Part shown: positions 63,929-64,000 of the stretch, in pieces
Numbering within the stretch: position 1 is the stretch's first letter
Layout of the letters: each line of letters begins with the position of its first letter
DNA from: Prochlorococcus sp. AG-335-A05
Lineage (GTDB): Bacteria; Cyanobacteriota; Cyanobacteriia; PCC-6307; Cyanobiaceae
Assembly: GCA_003282425.1 (NCBI GenBank)
Contig: QBZF01000002.1
Span: 7,808 to 71,807, forward strand
Direction of reading: 5' to 3'
DNA: 64,000 bases
Program-made: the position numbers and the translations under genes
The notes under the pieces: generated by a model
Seen by the model: the letters and a program-made list of their open reading frames with translations, nothing else
The model's database searches: none
What the model was told of the DNA's origin: nothing

Positions 63929-64000
63929 TAATTTTTGATCATTATCTTTCTTTGCAAATAGGTGGTTTAAAAAGTATTAACTACCTTTTCTGTCTTTTAA

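Noticed and set aside
1-64000. CRISPR array, tRNA/rRNA, transposase, integrase or prophage
   Set aside because: No regularly spaced repeats, cloverleaf/rRNA-like segments or recombinase motifs were seen

Overview
AT-rich chromosomal window that looks like a high-light Prochlorococcus (inferred from gene content, synteny and sRNA families). It has five blocks. (1) 1-12.4 kb: small hypothetical genes, a DUF2130 protein and the four-gene ligase-associated DNA repair operon (MBL exonuclease, ATP-dependent ligase, Lhr helicase, PdeM). (2) 12.4-20 kb: a reduced phosphate locus with pstBAC, arsR, broken gap and arsJ, pstS and a K+ channel; no phoB, phoR, phoA, phoE or chrA is present. (3) 20-34.3 kb: an island of microproteins, two hli genes, several sRNAs (Yfr2, Yfr1/Yfr10-like, Yfr8/9-like), a clpS pseudogene and a LexA-boxed DUF1651 gene. 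(4) 34.3-58.5 kb: core genes (6S RNA, purK, aroB, nadA, S41 protease, ispG, UDG, aspC, phnDCE, rsmE, hslO, prfC, nrdJ). (5) 58.5-64 kb: a second small-gene region with an NtcA box, glutamine riboswitch and DUF4278 peptide, a CP12-like peptide, a Nif11 pseudogene, a His-tailed PsbN paralog and DUF2231. The top leads are tandem ArsR operators upstream of pstS, and an unannotated sRNA whose loop is complementary to the pseudoknot loop of the glutamine riboswitch. No CRISPR, tRNA, rRNA or transposase was seen. Family names come from motif recognition by eye, not from database searches.
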